Positions 7,806-18,400 of a DNA stretch of 64,000 nt are shown here, one piece after another (position 1 is the stretch's first letter; each line of letters opens with the position of its first letter). The stretch spans positions 248,001 to 312,000 of IMG/VR virus record IMGVR_UViG_3300043418_000114, one strand, 5' to 3'. The notes beneath the pieces were generated by a model. It worked only from the letters and a program-made list of their open reading frames with translations, was not told the origin of the DNA and made no database searches. A program made the position numbers and the translations under genes.

Positions 7806-10166
7806 TTATTGCATCCAGCAATCACAGTTGCAACGGACGACTTGGTCTATTGCATCTGGCACGCTTAGTGTAGCAGGTGATAGAACACCTGATGTAAATG
7901 CAGTGCTTAGGTTTGGTGGAATCAGACTCTGATATTCAGAGCCAGCGAGACTACCTGGAACGTCGGTTTGGCCAACGTCTAATGGTGCACCAGGACCTGT
8001 TGGTGCAAATGGCGCATCGACGTTTCCAGTGCTTACCATGGTAGCTACCATGAATGCGTTGCCAACTGGATCAAAATAACCAGATGGAACAGGCACAACA
8101 GTTGTATCCATACCCGTTGCTGGGTCTGCTAACGTAACTGCTAATGTGGTAGGAGTAGGAGCGCCATTTGCTAATAGTGTCTTAACTTCTAATGGCGTCG
8201 ATTCAGGGATATTGTTATCTAAGTGAATGCCAATTTCCTGTAATCTTGCTTGGTTTCTTTCTTGTCTGCACATTCCAATTAGACTCTGACCGCCAGGCGT
8301 TGACGTATCACTAATAGCTTCTAACGTCTGTGCGCCCATATTTGGCTCAGTGTCTATTGCAAGTGCTGGCACTAAATCAATAAATCCAACTAATGATGTT
8401 GGGAATGCTCCCATTGCGGTAGGTGGACTTGAAATTTGTACGGGAACGATGCCATTGAATCTAGCACGTTGTTCGATTGTCAGTTGTGTACCAACTTGAT
8501 TCCATGCAGTATTCAAGTTGTTTGAAACAGTTGGGTGACTATTTAGAATGGCGGCAATTTCTGCATTCGCTTGATCTATGTAGCCTTGAACAACTGCATC
8601 TGAATAGGTAATGTTGTCAATAACTGCATCGTACAAGTTCTGATATATTGTTGACAAGTTAGCTGTTTGTAATTGCTGAATGTTACTATATATTGTGCTG
8701 ACTGGATAAGGCAAGCAAGACATAGCACCAAAGAAATCGCTGAATGTGTATGAGCCATTCGGGCCACTTCCTAATGCCATCGCACTCAATGCTTGCGTGG
8801 CAAGAGTAGTATCTGTTGGTACATTTGTACCTGCGACTTGATTCAGGCCAGCAGTAGTTTCAATGTTCGCTACAACCTGTGCAAGTTTCTCAATTGGAAT
8901 CGCATTTATATTCTTGATTTGGCGCATCGACACGCTGAATGCACCAGCACCTTGTGCTACATCATTTGGAAGAATTCCAACCAAATAGGATCCAAATCCT
9001 TCTGGCAATACTTGAGGGTTTACTGTTGCAGTTGATGTTAACGGTGCACCTGGTACACTAAGTGTACCTACTTGAGCTTTTACTGCTGGACTAGTAATAC
9101 TAGCGTGTAATCCACCTGCGTTATATATTGGATAGTAAGTCTTACTGTTTGTAGGCCCAGGTAGTGCATTGTAAAGTGGCACTGTTAGTGTTTGATAGCT
9201 ATTTGGAAATAGCATTATTGGATTCAACAAGTCTGCAAGAGTATTCAACCCTTTTGTTTTGCAGTTTAGTCCAGTTGTTACATCGATCAAGTCTACGCCA
9301 ATGATTATCAAGAATGCGGCGTAAATCTTTTGTTCTTGTTCAGTGGTAGCAGGTTTACCAGCCACTATCTGATTCACTTCACTTGGGGTAAGTCCACTGG
9401 CAATTAATGCAACACTCACCGATTGAGTTATTGCATTGTGTTTGTTCATCGTTGCCAACAAATTGGATGGCATGCCAAATGATGCAATCGTCTTCGTGTC
9501 GATTACTTTTCCAGATGCGACTAAGTCCTGTCCAAATACATTGGTTGCCAGACTTACACCGGCAATGTCTGCACTAATCAAATCATCCATGTTACTGAAT
9601 GTGCCGTTTAGGAAACCCAAACTCTGAACAACTGTGTTGATTGCACTATTTGAATAGTTAACATAGCTTTGTGCCATTGAAAAACTTGACACAAACTCTT
9701 TATAGTCAATTGACGAGTTCGATGGATTGTTGTTCCAGTTAAATTCGTTCCATGCTTGCAATGCAATCAAGCGAATGAAGCCATGTTGTGTGATTGCTTT
9801 GTTTGTATGATCATATGGCAACCACTTAGCTGTTTGACTTGCAGAATTTCCAGTATTGATTAAACCAGTGTACGTATAGGTTGGCGGCTTGCTATTACCC
9901 AATGCTGGAATAGAAGTTGCACCAATCGAAATAAGATTATCATACGTAGCATCTGACATTAAGCCAAGGGTATATGCCTGAAATATTGCATCAGTTAACT
10001 TACTGAGGCATGTATTCGTAACAATGCTACCTGGTGTATAATCATCATTAGTATGACTAGTTCCCACATATTGAGGAACTTGTTGATTGATTTTTAGACC
10101 TGTGTTTTGTAGTACAGACCCTAGTGCATTTACGCCTAGTGGACTTTGTTTGCCAGTATTGCTCAT
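7806..10166 (-). CDS. large hypothetical protein, probably virion-associated
   Basis: 786-aa ORF coupled (ATGA overlap) to the PAAR gene; S/T/A/N-rich; ends VRCNCDCWMQ. Confidence 0.7.
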   Translation of the reverse strand: MSNTGKQSPLGVNALGSVLQNTGLKINQQVPQYVGTSHTNDDYTPGSIVTNTCLSKLTDAIFQAYTLGLMSDATYDNLISIGATSIPALGNSKPPTYTYTGLINTGNSASQTAKWLPYDHTNKAITQHGFIRLIALQAWNEFNWNNNPSNSSIDYKEFVSSFSMAQSYVNYSNSAINTVVQSLGFLNGTFSNMDDLISADIAGVSLATNVFGQDLVASGKVIDTKTIASFGMPSNLLATMNKHNAITQSVSVALIASGLTPSEVNQIVAGKPATTEQEQKIYAAFLIIIGVDLIDVTTGLNCKTKGLNTLADLLNPIMLFPNSYQTLTVPLYNALPGPTNSKTYYPIYNAGGLHASITSPAVKAQVGTLSVPGAPLTSTATVNPQVLPEGFGSYLVGILPNDVAQGAGAFSVSMRQIKNINAIPIEKLAQVVANIETTAGLNQVAGTNVPTDTTLATQALSAMALGSGPNGSYTFSDFFGAMSCLPYPVSTIYSNIQQLQTANLSTIYQNLYDAVIDNITYSDAVVQGYIDQANAEIAAILNSHPTVSNNLNTAWNQVGTQLTIEQRARFNGIVPVQISSPPTAMGAFPTSLVGFIDLVPALAIDTEPNMGAQTLEAISDTSTPGGQSLIGMCRQERNQARLQEIGIHLDNNIPESTPLEVKTLLANGAPTPTTLAVTLADPATGMDTTVVPVPSGYFDPVGNAFMVATMVSTGNVDAPFAPTGPGAPLDVGQTDVPGSLAGSEYQSLIPPNLSTAFTSGVLSPATLSVPDAIDQVVRCNCDCWMQ

Positions 10167-10444
10167 GGGACGTTAACGTTCGGGCTACCTTCAACGATAC
10201 TATGACCGCAACTATTGCCTGATCCTACTTTAAGTACTTGACTTCCCTCTGCAAATACTGTTGGACTTGCAGAGGTTGTCTTTGCCGCATCGTGTGGTGG
10301 ATGTGGCTTACCCCATGGTGCATGGGGTGTTATTTGACTAACATGTAAGCCGACAGGGATGCCATTGGCAAACACTGTGCCAGCACCTCTCATAATTTTG
10401 CCACCCACTTGGTTTGCATCATTCTGTCTGCTTATCTGAGCCAT
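10163..10444 (-). CDS. PAAR-like baseplate spike tip protein
   Basis: 93 aa with PHAPWGKPHPPH, SPTVFAEG, V.KVG...SCGH.I..GS.NV, the typical PAAR pattern. Confidence 0.85.
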   Translation of the reverse strand: MAQISRQNDANQVGGKIMRGAGTVFANGIPVGLHVSQITPHAPWGKPHPPHDAAKTTSASPTVFAEGSQVLKVGSGNSCGHSIVEGSPNVNVP

Positions 10445-10445
10445 A

Positions 10446-10754
10446 TTATCCTAAGATTAGTTTCTTCTCTGGCACTTTGATGCCAGTAGTTGCTTCCAAG
10501 TACTTCATCTTTACTGAGTCATCAGTCTTAGATACAAGAGAAACACTATTAGTATTTAGCTTAATTTCTTCTGCTGGATCCGCAGTAAAAAGACTAGGCA
10601 CTAAACCCATGCCTTGTGGACCAGGAGCAATAGATACTGGTTCTTCTAAGATGATCCAATTACTACTTGATTCTTTGACTTTAGCTACCATTTCTTCGCC
10701 AGAGTTCATTTTGAATGTATATACTTGATTTGTTTCTAGTGCTAGTTGTGTCAT
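10446..10754 (-). CDS. conserved-type small phage protein
   Basis: 102-aa beta-rich ORF (TFKMNSGEEMVAKV) that abuts its neighbours on both sides. Confidence 0.7.
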   Translation of the reverse strand: MTQLALETNQVYTFKMNSGEEMVAKVKESSSNWIILEEPVSIAPGPQGMGLVPSLFTADPAEEIKLNTNSVSLVSKTDDSVKMKYLEATTGIKVPEKKLILG

Positions 10755-10984
10755 TACACGCTTTCAGTTAGTTTCTTTTTGAGTTCATTAAATCCGCCGA
10801 CCAATTCGCCATCGATGACGATTTGCGGTACTGTACGTGCAGATGGAATTGCTTCCAATAATTCTTCTTTGGTGTACCCATCACCAATTTTACGTTCTTC
10901 AAACTGAATGCCCTTTTGTGTTAAAAGTGCTTTAGCTTGATCACAGTAAGGGCAGTGGTACTTAGACCATACGATTGCTTTCAT
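10754..10984 (-). CDS. glutaredoxin
   Basis: CPYC active site, cis-Pro loop TVPQI and GGF. Confidence 0.95.
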   Translation of the reverse strand: MKAIVWSKYHCPYCDQAKALLTQKGIQFEERKIGDGYTKEELLEAIPSARTVPQIVIDGELVGGFNELKKKLTESV

Positions 10985-11538
10985 TTTATTTCCTTAGATA
11001 GTTTTTTATTTACGTAAATTCGTATACGTTCTTTAAATAGTTCAACTCGTGTTGGCTTATAATCTAGCCAGTCACCAGTGATTTGAGCCAGACGTTTCAA
11101 TTCTTCCTTCTGGCGTTGATTCTCTGCATAAAGTTCATTCCACTTTGGATCAGTGTGTTCTGGCATCGGAGGTAATTCCTGACGTGGACTAGATACAATA
11201 CTACATACCGGCGCATGAATTTCTTTCACGGTGTACTTTCTGATTTTCTCACCTGCTTTTGGTGAGAAACGTCCAACGAATTCTGATAGCCAGTACATGA
11301 ACTTGACCGAGCGGCATTCATACTTTTCATCAATCGCATGAGTGTGACTAAGAATAGCCGACATGTCGTTGATCGCTTTATTCATATCGCTCTTTTCTAG
11401 TACCTGTAGTCTAAACTTATAGCTTTTAAGATTTGATTGGGCGGCTTGCTTTGTCCACTCACTAGCTTCTGGATTTGCTATCAATTCTTCTTGTAGTTTG
11501 ATCTTTTCTTTTAGTTTTCCTACCATATCTATTTTCAT
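10981..11538 (-). CDS. hypothetical protein
   Basis: 185-aa ORF between nrdB and glutaredoxin, with an SD (AGGAAA) and an ATGA overlap. Confidence 0.7.
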   Translation of the reverse strand: MKIDMVGKLKEKIKLQEELIANPEASEWTKQAAQSNLKSYKFRLQVLEKSDMNKAINDMSAILSHTHAIDEKYECRSVKFMYWLSEFVGRFSPKAGEKIRKYTVKEIHAPVCSIVSSPRQELPPMPEHTDPKWNELYAENQRQKEELKRLAQITGDWLDYKPTRVELFKERIRIYVNKKLSKEIK

Positions 11539-11547
11539 AATATTTCC

Positions 11548-12648
11548 TTAAATGTTTGGTAGTGAGTCATAGTCTAATGAATCACTCATTACACCAATGA
11601 CGTAGTTTGTACTTTCGTTTTCCTGTAACGCAGTTTGTTTCTTGCTAGTATCGCTATGCTTGTTAAACCATGGGATAGGAGTAGACTTTGGTGCAGGGGC
11701 TAAGTATTTAATGCCGATATCGTGTAGTGCACCTTTTGCTGTGTAGTCTACAAAATCTTTCAATACTGTTGCATTCAATCCAATAACTGGACCCATCTTG
11801 AATAGATAATCTGCCCATGCTTTTTCTTCACGGATAACGTCCATGTACAATGCATAGACTTCTTCACGGCATTCTTCTGCTACCCTAGCGAATCGAGGAT
11901 CTTCCTTGACAACTTGATTGATAATCCAAGCTGTCCAACCCTTGTGTAGCAATTCATCTTGTAGAATCAAACTGATAATGTTACCATTGCCAATGAAGAT
12001 TTTGTTTTCTACCATTGCTAAACTTGTAGCAAAGCTAACCATGAAGCGGAATGCTTCTAGTGCATAGCTTGCATGTAGAGCCATCCAAATTGCTTTGATG
12101 TGTTCGTGTTCAGTGATAACTTCACCAATCTCTTTGCGGCAATTAATACGATGTAGTGTGTCATAGTACATGCCGACACTAGATGCCATACTCACAATAG
12201 GCTGAGTATCATGGATAGTATTAAACACTTCCTTTGGCACATTGTAGATGTTACGAATGATGTGACTGTAACTGCGAGAGTGAATGTTAGTCTCAAAGAA
12301 CGACCAGTTACTCATTAATGCTTCTACTTCTGGAATAGAACACACTGGTGTAAACACTTGTGCTGGTGCGCGACCTTGTAAACTATCTAACGCAGTTTGG
12401 CGCAACACGTTACTTGTGAAAATATGTTTGACTGCATCCGATGCGTCTTTAAAGTCGCCAGCGTCTTTAGTTAGTGATACTTCTTCAGGGACCCAAAAGA
12501 AGCCACGTGCAGTCTGTTCATAATCTGCAATCTTTTTGTACTTTACTTCTTCGAATCGTTGAATAGTAACTGGACCTGCTGGGTCAAGAAACATTTTGCG
12601 AGATAGGTAGTCGGTAGGTGTGTTTAAGTTATATTGTTGTTTACTCAT
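11548..12648 (-). CDS. nrdB: ribonucleotide reductase class Ia beta subunit
   Basis: FWVPEEV, QTALDSLQGR (Asp ligand), ETNIHSRSY (radical Tyr), EAFRF and DELLH. Confidence 0.97.
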   Translation of the reverse strand: MSKQQYNLNTPTDYLSRKMFLDPAGPVTIQRFEEVKYKKIADYEQTARGFFWVPEEVSLTKDAGDFKDASDAVKHIFTSNVLRQTALDSLQGRAPAQVFTPVCSIPEVEALMSNWSFFETNIHSRSYSHIIRNIYNVPKEVFNTIHDTQPIVSMASSVGMYYDTLHRINCRKEIGEVITEHEHIKAIWMALHASYALEAFRFMVSFATSLAMVENKIFIGNGNIISLILQDELLHKGWTAWIINQVVKEDPRFARVAEECREEVYALYMDVIREEKAWADYLFKMGPVIGLNATVLKDFVDYTAKGALHDIGIKYLAPAPKSTPIPWFNKHSDTSKKQTALQENESTNYVIGVMSDSLDYDSLPNI

Positions 12649-14969
12649 AATTTACATGCTTCACATGAATCTTCGTCATCAAAGTCAATAACTTCCAATG
12701 GACCTGATGTTGTTTCGTCTTGTTGCTTGCTACCAGCTTTGTTAATCAAGCTATAATAAAAGGTCTTAATTCCCCACATGTGTGACTGCATCAAGTTCTT
12801 AGCAATTAGTGTGGTAGGTACTTTTCTGTCAGGGAAGTGAGCAGGGTTATAGAATGTGTTGGTTGAAATAGATTGATCAACATATGCTTGAATAACTGCA
12901 CTAGTCTTTAGATATGCTTCACAATCTGTTTGTTCCCACATTAATTGATAATTCTTGCGAACCTTTGGATTGTGGTACTCAGGCACAACCTGAATGAATG
13001 AACCAGCTTTTGATTCTTTAACAGTAATCAAACTCATTGGCATTTCGATGCCATTAGTTGAGTTGATAGCAACGGAGCTAGATTCTACAGGAGCAACCGC
13101 GCCATTGGTAGCATTACGAACGCCATATTGAATCATGTCTTTACGTAGTGGTTCCCAATCAAGTTCAGGAGTAAAGTCTGTAAGTTCGTTAACGCCGTTA
13201 GCACGTAATTCCCATGGGAATTTACCTTGACCATAACGTGTCTTGTCGCTATGCAAACATGCACCACGTTCTTTAGCTAGCTCAACACTTGATTCAGTGA
13301 GATAGAACATTTGATGTTCCATCCATGACTTGACTTCTGCTAATGCGTCTTTGTCGCCATACTTCATTCCGCGTTTGGCATGCCAGTACGCTAAGTTAGT
13401 AATACCAACTCCAATAGGACGAATTTCTTCATTACTCAAACGAGATTGGACAGAGAGAAAATCTTGATAATCCAAAATGTTGTTAAGAGAACGGTGAAGT
13501 ATACGACAAGCACGGCGCATATCTTCAGGGTTACGGAACGCACCCCAGTTAATCGATCCCAAAGTACATAGAGCAATGCGACCATTGTCATCATCGAGGC
13601 GCTTAAAAGACTTAGTAGGTAATAAAATTTCACAGCAAAGGTTACTCTGGTAAATGGTATGGTATTCGGGGTCAAACGGACCTTGGTTCATAACGTTGTC
13701 TATGAATACCAAATAGATACGTCCAGTGTCTGTGCGCTCTTTGAGAATGCCTCCCTTGAAGACTTCCTCTGCCGCCATTACTTTCTTGCGAAGGTTTTTA
13801 TTTTTTTCATACTTAACATATAGTTCTTCGAACAACGCTGTATTGCTGTAGAACGCTTCGTAGAGGTCGGGAACTTCATTAGGGTCAAAGAAGGTAATAT
13901 TCTCTTTATTCTTGAATCGTCTCCAAAAGAATGCAGAAAGCACCACACCGTAATCCATGAAGCGGACTCTCGTTTCGTCAGTTCCTTGGTTGTTTTTGAG
14001 AACAATAAGGTCATCGAATTGAAGATGCCAGATGGGATAGAAAACCGTAGCAGAAGCATTTCTGATTCCTCCTTGTGAACAACTACGCAAATCACCGAAC
14101 CACTTCTTTAAGAAGGGAATCATGCCAGTGTGTTGAATTTCGCCGCCACGAATCGGTGAACCCAGTGAACGTAGACGACCAATCTCTAAGCCGATGCCAG
14201 CACGTTTGCTAGCATACTTAGCCATCATTTCTCCGGATGCAAATATGCTATCCAAATCATCGTCACTACGGATAAGAACACATGAGCTAAACTGTTTAGT
14301 TGGAGTACCCAAGCCAGCCAGAACAGGAGTAGCAAGAGTAAATAAACCGTCACTCGCACAGTTATAGTAATCTTTGATGTATCGCATACGAGCAGAATTA
14401 GGTTCTTCTTTATGGAAGACAGTTGCCGCGGCAACCATGTAGCGAACTTGTGGAGTTTCATAAGTTTGTTTTGTTGAGCGGTTGCGAACTAGGTATTTTT
14501 CAATCAATTGCTCGATTGCCGCATATGAATATGCTTCGTCCTTTTCATGGTCGATAAACGCATCCATTTTGTCCCAGTCTTCTTTTGTGTACCACTGTAG
14601 TAGTTCATCAGTGTATAGACCAGAGGCAACGTTCTTTACCACGATATCGTATAAGCTAGGTGGTACATAATCACCATATACGTCTTTGCGTAACATGCTT
14701 AGGCGCTGTTTTCCTGCAACGTACTGGTAGTTAGTATGCCCAACGTCTGGATTTGATTCCACGTCGATTAAATCGACAATAGCACGTAATGTAATGCTAT
14801 CAATCTCTTGCGTAGTAATGCCATCGTAAAAGTGTGGATTACTACGAATCTCAATCATTGACGGACTAACGTCAGCTATTCCTGCACAAATTTTTGCCAC
14901 TTGTGCTTGCCATTTTTCTAAATTTAATGGCTCCTTCTTACCGCTTCTCTTGGTAACGTTAATAATCAT
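12645..14969 (-). CDS. nrdA: ribonucleotide reductase class Ia alpha subunit with ATP cone
   Basis: VTKRSGKKE ATP cone, SSCVLI, QSNLCCEI, LCTLG, KTFYY and C-terminal CEAC. No intron or intein seen. Confidence 0.98.
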   Translation of the reverse strand: MIINVTKRSGKKEPLNLEKWQAQVAKICAGIADVSPSMIEIRSNPHFYDGITTQEIDSITLRAIVDLIDVESNPDVGHTNYQYVAGKQRLSMLRKDVYGDYVPPSLYDIVVKNVASGLYTDELLQWYTKEDWDKMDAFIDHEKDEAYSYAAIEQLIEKYLVRNRSTKQTYETPQVRYMVAAATVFHKEEPNSARMRYIKDYYNCASDGLFTLATPVLAGLGTPTKQFSSCVLIRSDDDLDSIFASGEMMAKYASKRAGIGLEIGRLRSLGSPIRGGEIQHTGMIPFLKKWFGDLRSCSQGGIRNASATVFYPIWHLQFDDLIVLKNNQGTDETRVRFMDYGVVLSAFFWRRFKNKENITFFDPNEVPDLYEAFYSNTALFEELYVKYEKNKNLRKKVMAAEEVFKGGILKERTDTGRIYLVFIDNVMNQGPFDPEYHTIYQSNLCCEILLPTKSFKRLDDDNGRIALCTLGSINWGAFRNPEDMRRACRILHRSLNNILDYQDFLSVQSRLSNEEIRPIGVGITNLAYWHAKRGMKYGDKDALAEVKSWMEHQMFYLTESSVELAKERGACLHSDKTRYGQGKFPWELRANGVNELTDFTPELDWEPLRKDMIQYGVRNATNGAVAPVESSSVAINSTNGIEMPMSLITVKESKAGSFIQVVPEYHNPKVRKNYQLMWEQTDCEAYLKTSAVIQAYVDQSISTNTFYNPAHFPDRKVPTTLIAKNLMQSHMWGIKTFYYSLINKAGSKQQDETTSGPLEVIDFDDEDSCEACKL

Positions 14970-14979
14970 TGTTCACCTG

Positions 14980-15417
14980 TTATAATTTTCTTTTTATTGT
15001 GTCTATGTCTAGCTTTTTGGCTATTGTAAAATCTTGTAGATTATTACTTAGCACAGTATCGGGCCAGTAATTAAGTATATATTTTGCGCCATCAACCAAG
15101 ACTAATACAACATCTTCACTATTATCGTCGGTTGCAATACAAAAGTCAACATCTTGTACATCCGTTAATAGTAAAGTATATATCATGCCCAATCCACGTG
15201 CGATTGTGCAATATTCATTGTCTGATAGTAGTTCCCACGGTCCAGGCCATGCTGATGGCTCTTGTGGATGCAGATAATGAGAGACAATAGGCGCAGATTG
15301 CCACCACTTGTCTATTTCTAGACATTTGGTTTCCAAATCCGCTTCTTTGAGTTTGTTTCGTAGATCGAACCAGTTTTGAAGTCTGGTTTCGTAATTGAGT
15401 TGGAATACGTTTATCAC
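14980..15417 (-). CDS. hypothetical phage protein
   Basis: 145-aa ORF with a GTG start, preceded by an ATAAGTA motif. Confidence 0.7.
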   Translation of the reverse strand: MINVFQLNYETRLQNWFDLRNKLKEADLETKCLEIDKWWQSAPIVSHYLHPQEPSAWPGPWELLSDNEYCTIARGLGMIYTLLLTDVQDVDFCIATDDNSEDVVLVLVDGAKYILNYWPDTVLSNNLQDFTIAKKLDIDTIKRKL

Positions 15418-15458
15418 ACTGTACTTATCTTTCGAGAAGCACAGTGTGATTTTGTGTA

Positions 15459-18400
15459 TTAGAATCGACCCACAGCTACTTCGATGACACCACTAGCGTC
15501 TTTGAAGTTTTCTAGTGATTTGCCGATGATAGTACCAGCTCGTGCCATGTTGTTTGCGATAGCGTGTCCGTTGCCAGCGGCAACTAACAAGTCACCCTTG
15601 TACACTGGACCCAATACTTTACATGGTACACGACCTTGTAGGGCAATATCAGCTACATACTCGGCTTCTAGTGCGCTATTCATTGTATATGCGGCATCAG
15701 TTGTTACAACACCAGCGACACGGAACGAGTCTGCTTCGGTTGATAGGGTAACTTCATGCTCACCACCAAACACTAGGACTGTACCAGGCTCATAATTAGC
15801 GTCAGCAACATACTTTTCTGACAAGTCAGCGTATGTAGCGTTCCACTTAGAACCCGCAGTCAATGTCCAGTTACCAGTTAAATAACCAGCAGTAACGTTA
15901 GCGCCTGAAGTCAAGTTGGTTGTTGTTAGTGCGGCATTACCTGAAACAGTTGTTGTACCCGAAACAGTCAAACTAGTTAATGTACCAACTGACGTAATGT
16001 TAGGTTGTGCGGCAGTCGAAACAGTGGCCGCATAACTTGATGTTGGGACACTTAATGTACCTGTTACGTTAGCACCAGGGATACCTGTCAAGCCAGTTGC
16101 TGGACCATAGAATGTTGAGATGACGTTGCCAGCGTTGACGTTACCAGTAACACTCAATGATGATAGTGTGCCAACTGACGTAATGTTAGGCTGTGCCGCC
16201 GTTGTTACAGTTGCCGCTGTTCCACTTACTGAGCCTGTGATTGTGGTTGTGACTGACAGACCTGATAGCGTACCTAAAGATGTAATATTAGGCTGAGCAG
16301 ATGTTGTGATCGTACCAGTTAGTAAAGTACCAGTGACGTTGCCACCAGTGATATTGCCAGTTGCAGAAACAACACCACCTGTTACAACGTTGCCGAATGT
16401 ACCATTCCCAGTTGCACTTACAGTAGATGCGATGACTGCCGCTGTGCCAATATTGCCAATGTTTGCATTACCAGATACTGACAATGAACTTAGGGTACCT
16501 AAACTCGTGATATTAGGCTGAGCGGCACTAGTTACAGTACCAGCAACACCTGCAGTAGCTACGTTCAAGTTTGCAACCTGGGTTGTAGATGTTACAACAA
16601 ATGGAGCAGTGCCAGTAGCAATAGAAGAAACATATTGACCAGCAGTGCCAATGTTACCCACGTTAGCATTACCTGAAACACTTAATGAAGTTAACGTGCC
16701 TACTGCTGTCAAATTAGAAGATACAACTGTTGAATTCAATGCAGAGCCACTTAGCGTTCCGGCTGGTGCAACCACAACCGCAGTATTTGCCGCTGTCAAT
16801 TGGCCTTGTTGATTAACAGTGAATGTTGGGATAGCAGTTGAACTACCATAACTTGCGGCAGTGACTGCTGTATTAGATATACTGAACTGTGTGCCAGTTA
16901 ATGTTAATCCTGTACCAGCAGTATAAGTACCAGCGCCAGAGAACTGAGTGAATGTAATTGGTGTAGTACCGACGGTAACTGGGTTAGTATCTGTACAGAC
17001 CCAACCAGTGTTATCGTTAACGGTACCGTCTGCAATGAAGACGAATGCACCTGCAATTTCTTGACCTGGGCTATTGTCAAAGTCAGTTGAACGAGTCAAC
17101 ACAGTGCCACTAGTATACGTGTAAATACCATTCCATACTGTATTCGCTTCATCTTTAACTAGAATACGTGTTCCTGAACTTGCAATGTTGACGCCGTCGA
17201 TTGTTGTATATGAACCAGTTGTGGTCAATGTAGCACCGACACCACCTGTACCGTTGTTATATGTAACAGTACCACCGGATGCTGATGCTAGTGTGCCTGT
17301 TGTACCGGCGACCGCAGATTGTTTAACTGATAGACCTTGTGCAGTTGTATCAACATAGTTCTTTGTAGCAACGTCAGTAGATGCAACGGGTTCTGCCACT
17401 GTAGTGATACGTGCATTGGCAACGTCAACTGTACCTGTGCCAGACGGTACCAACAAGATGCTCTTGTTAGTGCCAATTGCAGAGATTGTTAAGTTACTCG
17501 ATACACTTGATAGTGCGTTAGCTTTTACCGTACCGTTAGCGGTGATGTTTGCATTTGAGTAAATGCTACCATCAGTGCCAATATTGGCAATTTGAACGTT
17601 ACCAACACCATTATTGAAGAATACGAATCCATCTGCCGCGCCTGCACTGAAACGTGCATTGCCAGATGAGTAATCAGCTACTAAGCCGTCTGAAAATGCG
17701 CCGCCATATGTGCTTGTTGATATTAAACCATTAGCGACTGAGATATAACCGCCACCTGTGATGTTGCCGGTGGCACTGATTGCACCGCCGGAATAGATGT
17801 TACCTGCAATACCTACGCCGCCGCCAACGCGCAATGCGCCAGTTGATGTAGAAGTTGAAACTGTTGTCGGTTTGACATAGAATTGATTGCTTGCGTTAAT
17901 GAAACGCATAACTTCATTGTTGGACAAGAAACCGTTAGTAGCAAATACAATATCGTTAGTTGTTCCAGTTGAACCGGTTGCTATGACTAAATTACCGCCT
18001 AATCCAGTTCCAGTTACCGCTTTAGAGAAGATATAACCATCATTCTTACCAGTAATAGTATAATTGGCATCACTGAAATTTGAACCAGTGAAGCCCATGT
18101 CCATCCAGCCAGATATGTCATTCCCGTTATCACTATATGCGATCCAGTCAGCACTACCAGTTGCTGTTTGATTTAACAATGCGCCTTGGATATATTGAGC
18201 GCCAGCGTTTTCTGCAACAATTGTAGGTGAGGTTAGTGCAGTAGTTGTGGCACCATTACCTACATATAAAACACCGCCAATTACACCATTGCCATTTGCA
18301 GTCAGACTGCCATTGGCAATAATATTTCCTCCGATACCTACACCGCCGCCAACACGTAATGCGCCAGTGGCAGATGTAGTTGCCGCGGTTGTTGTCTCGA

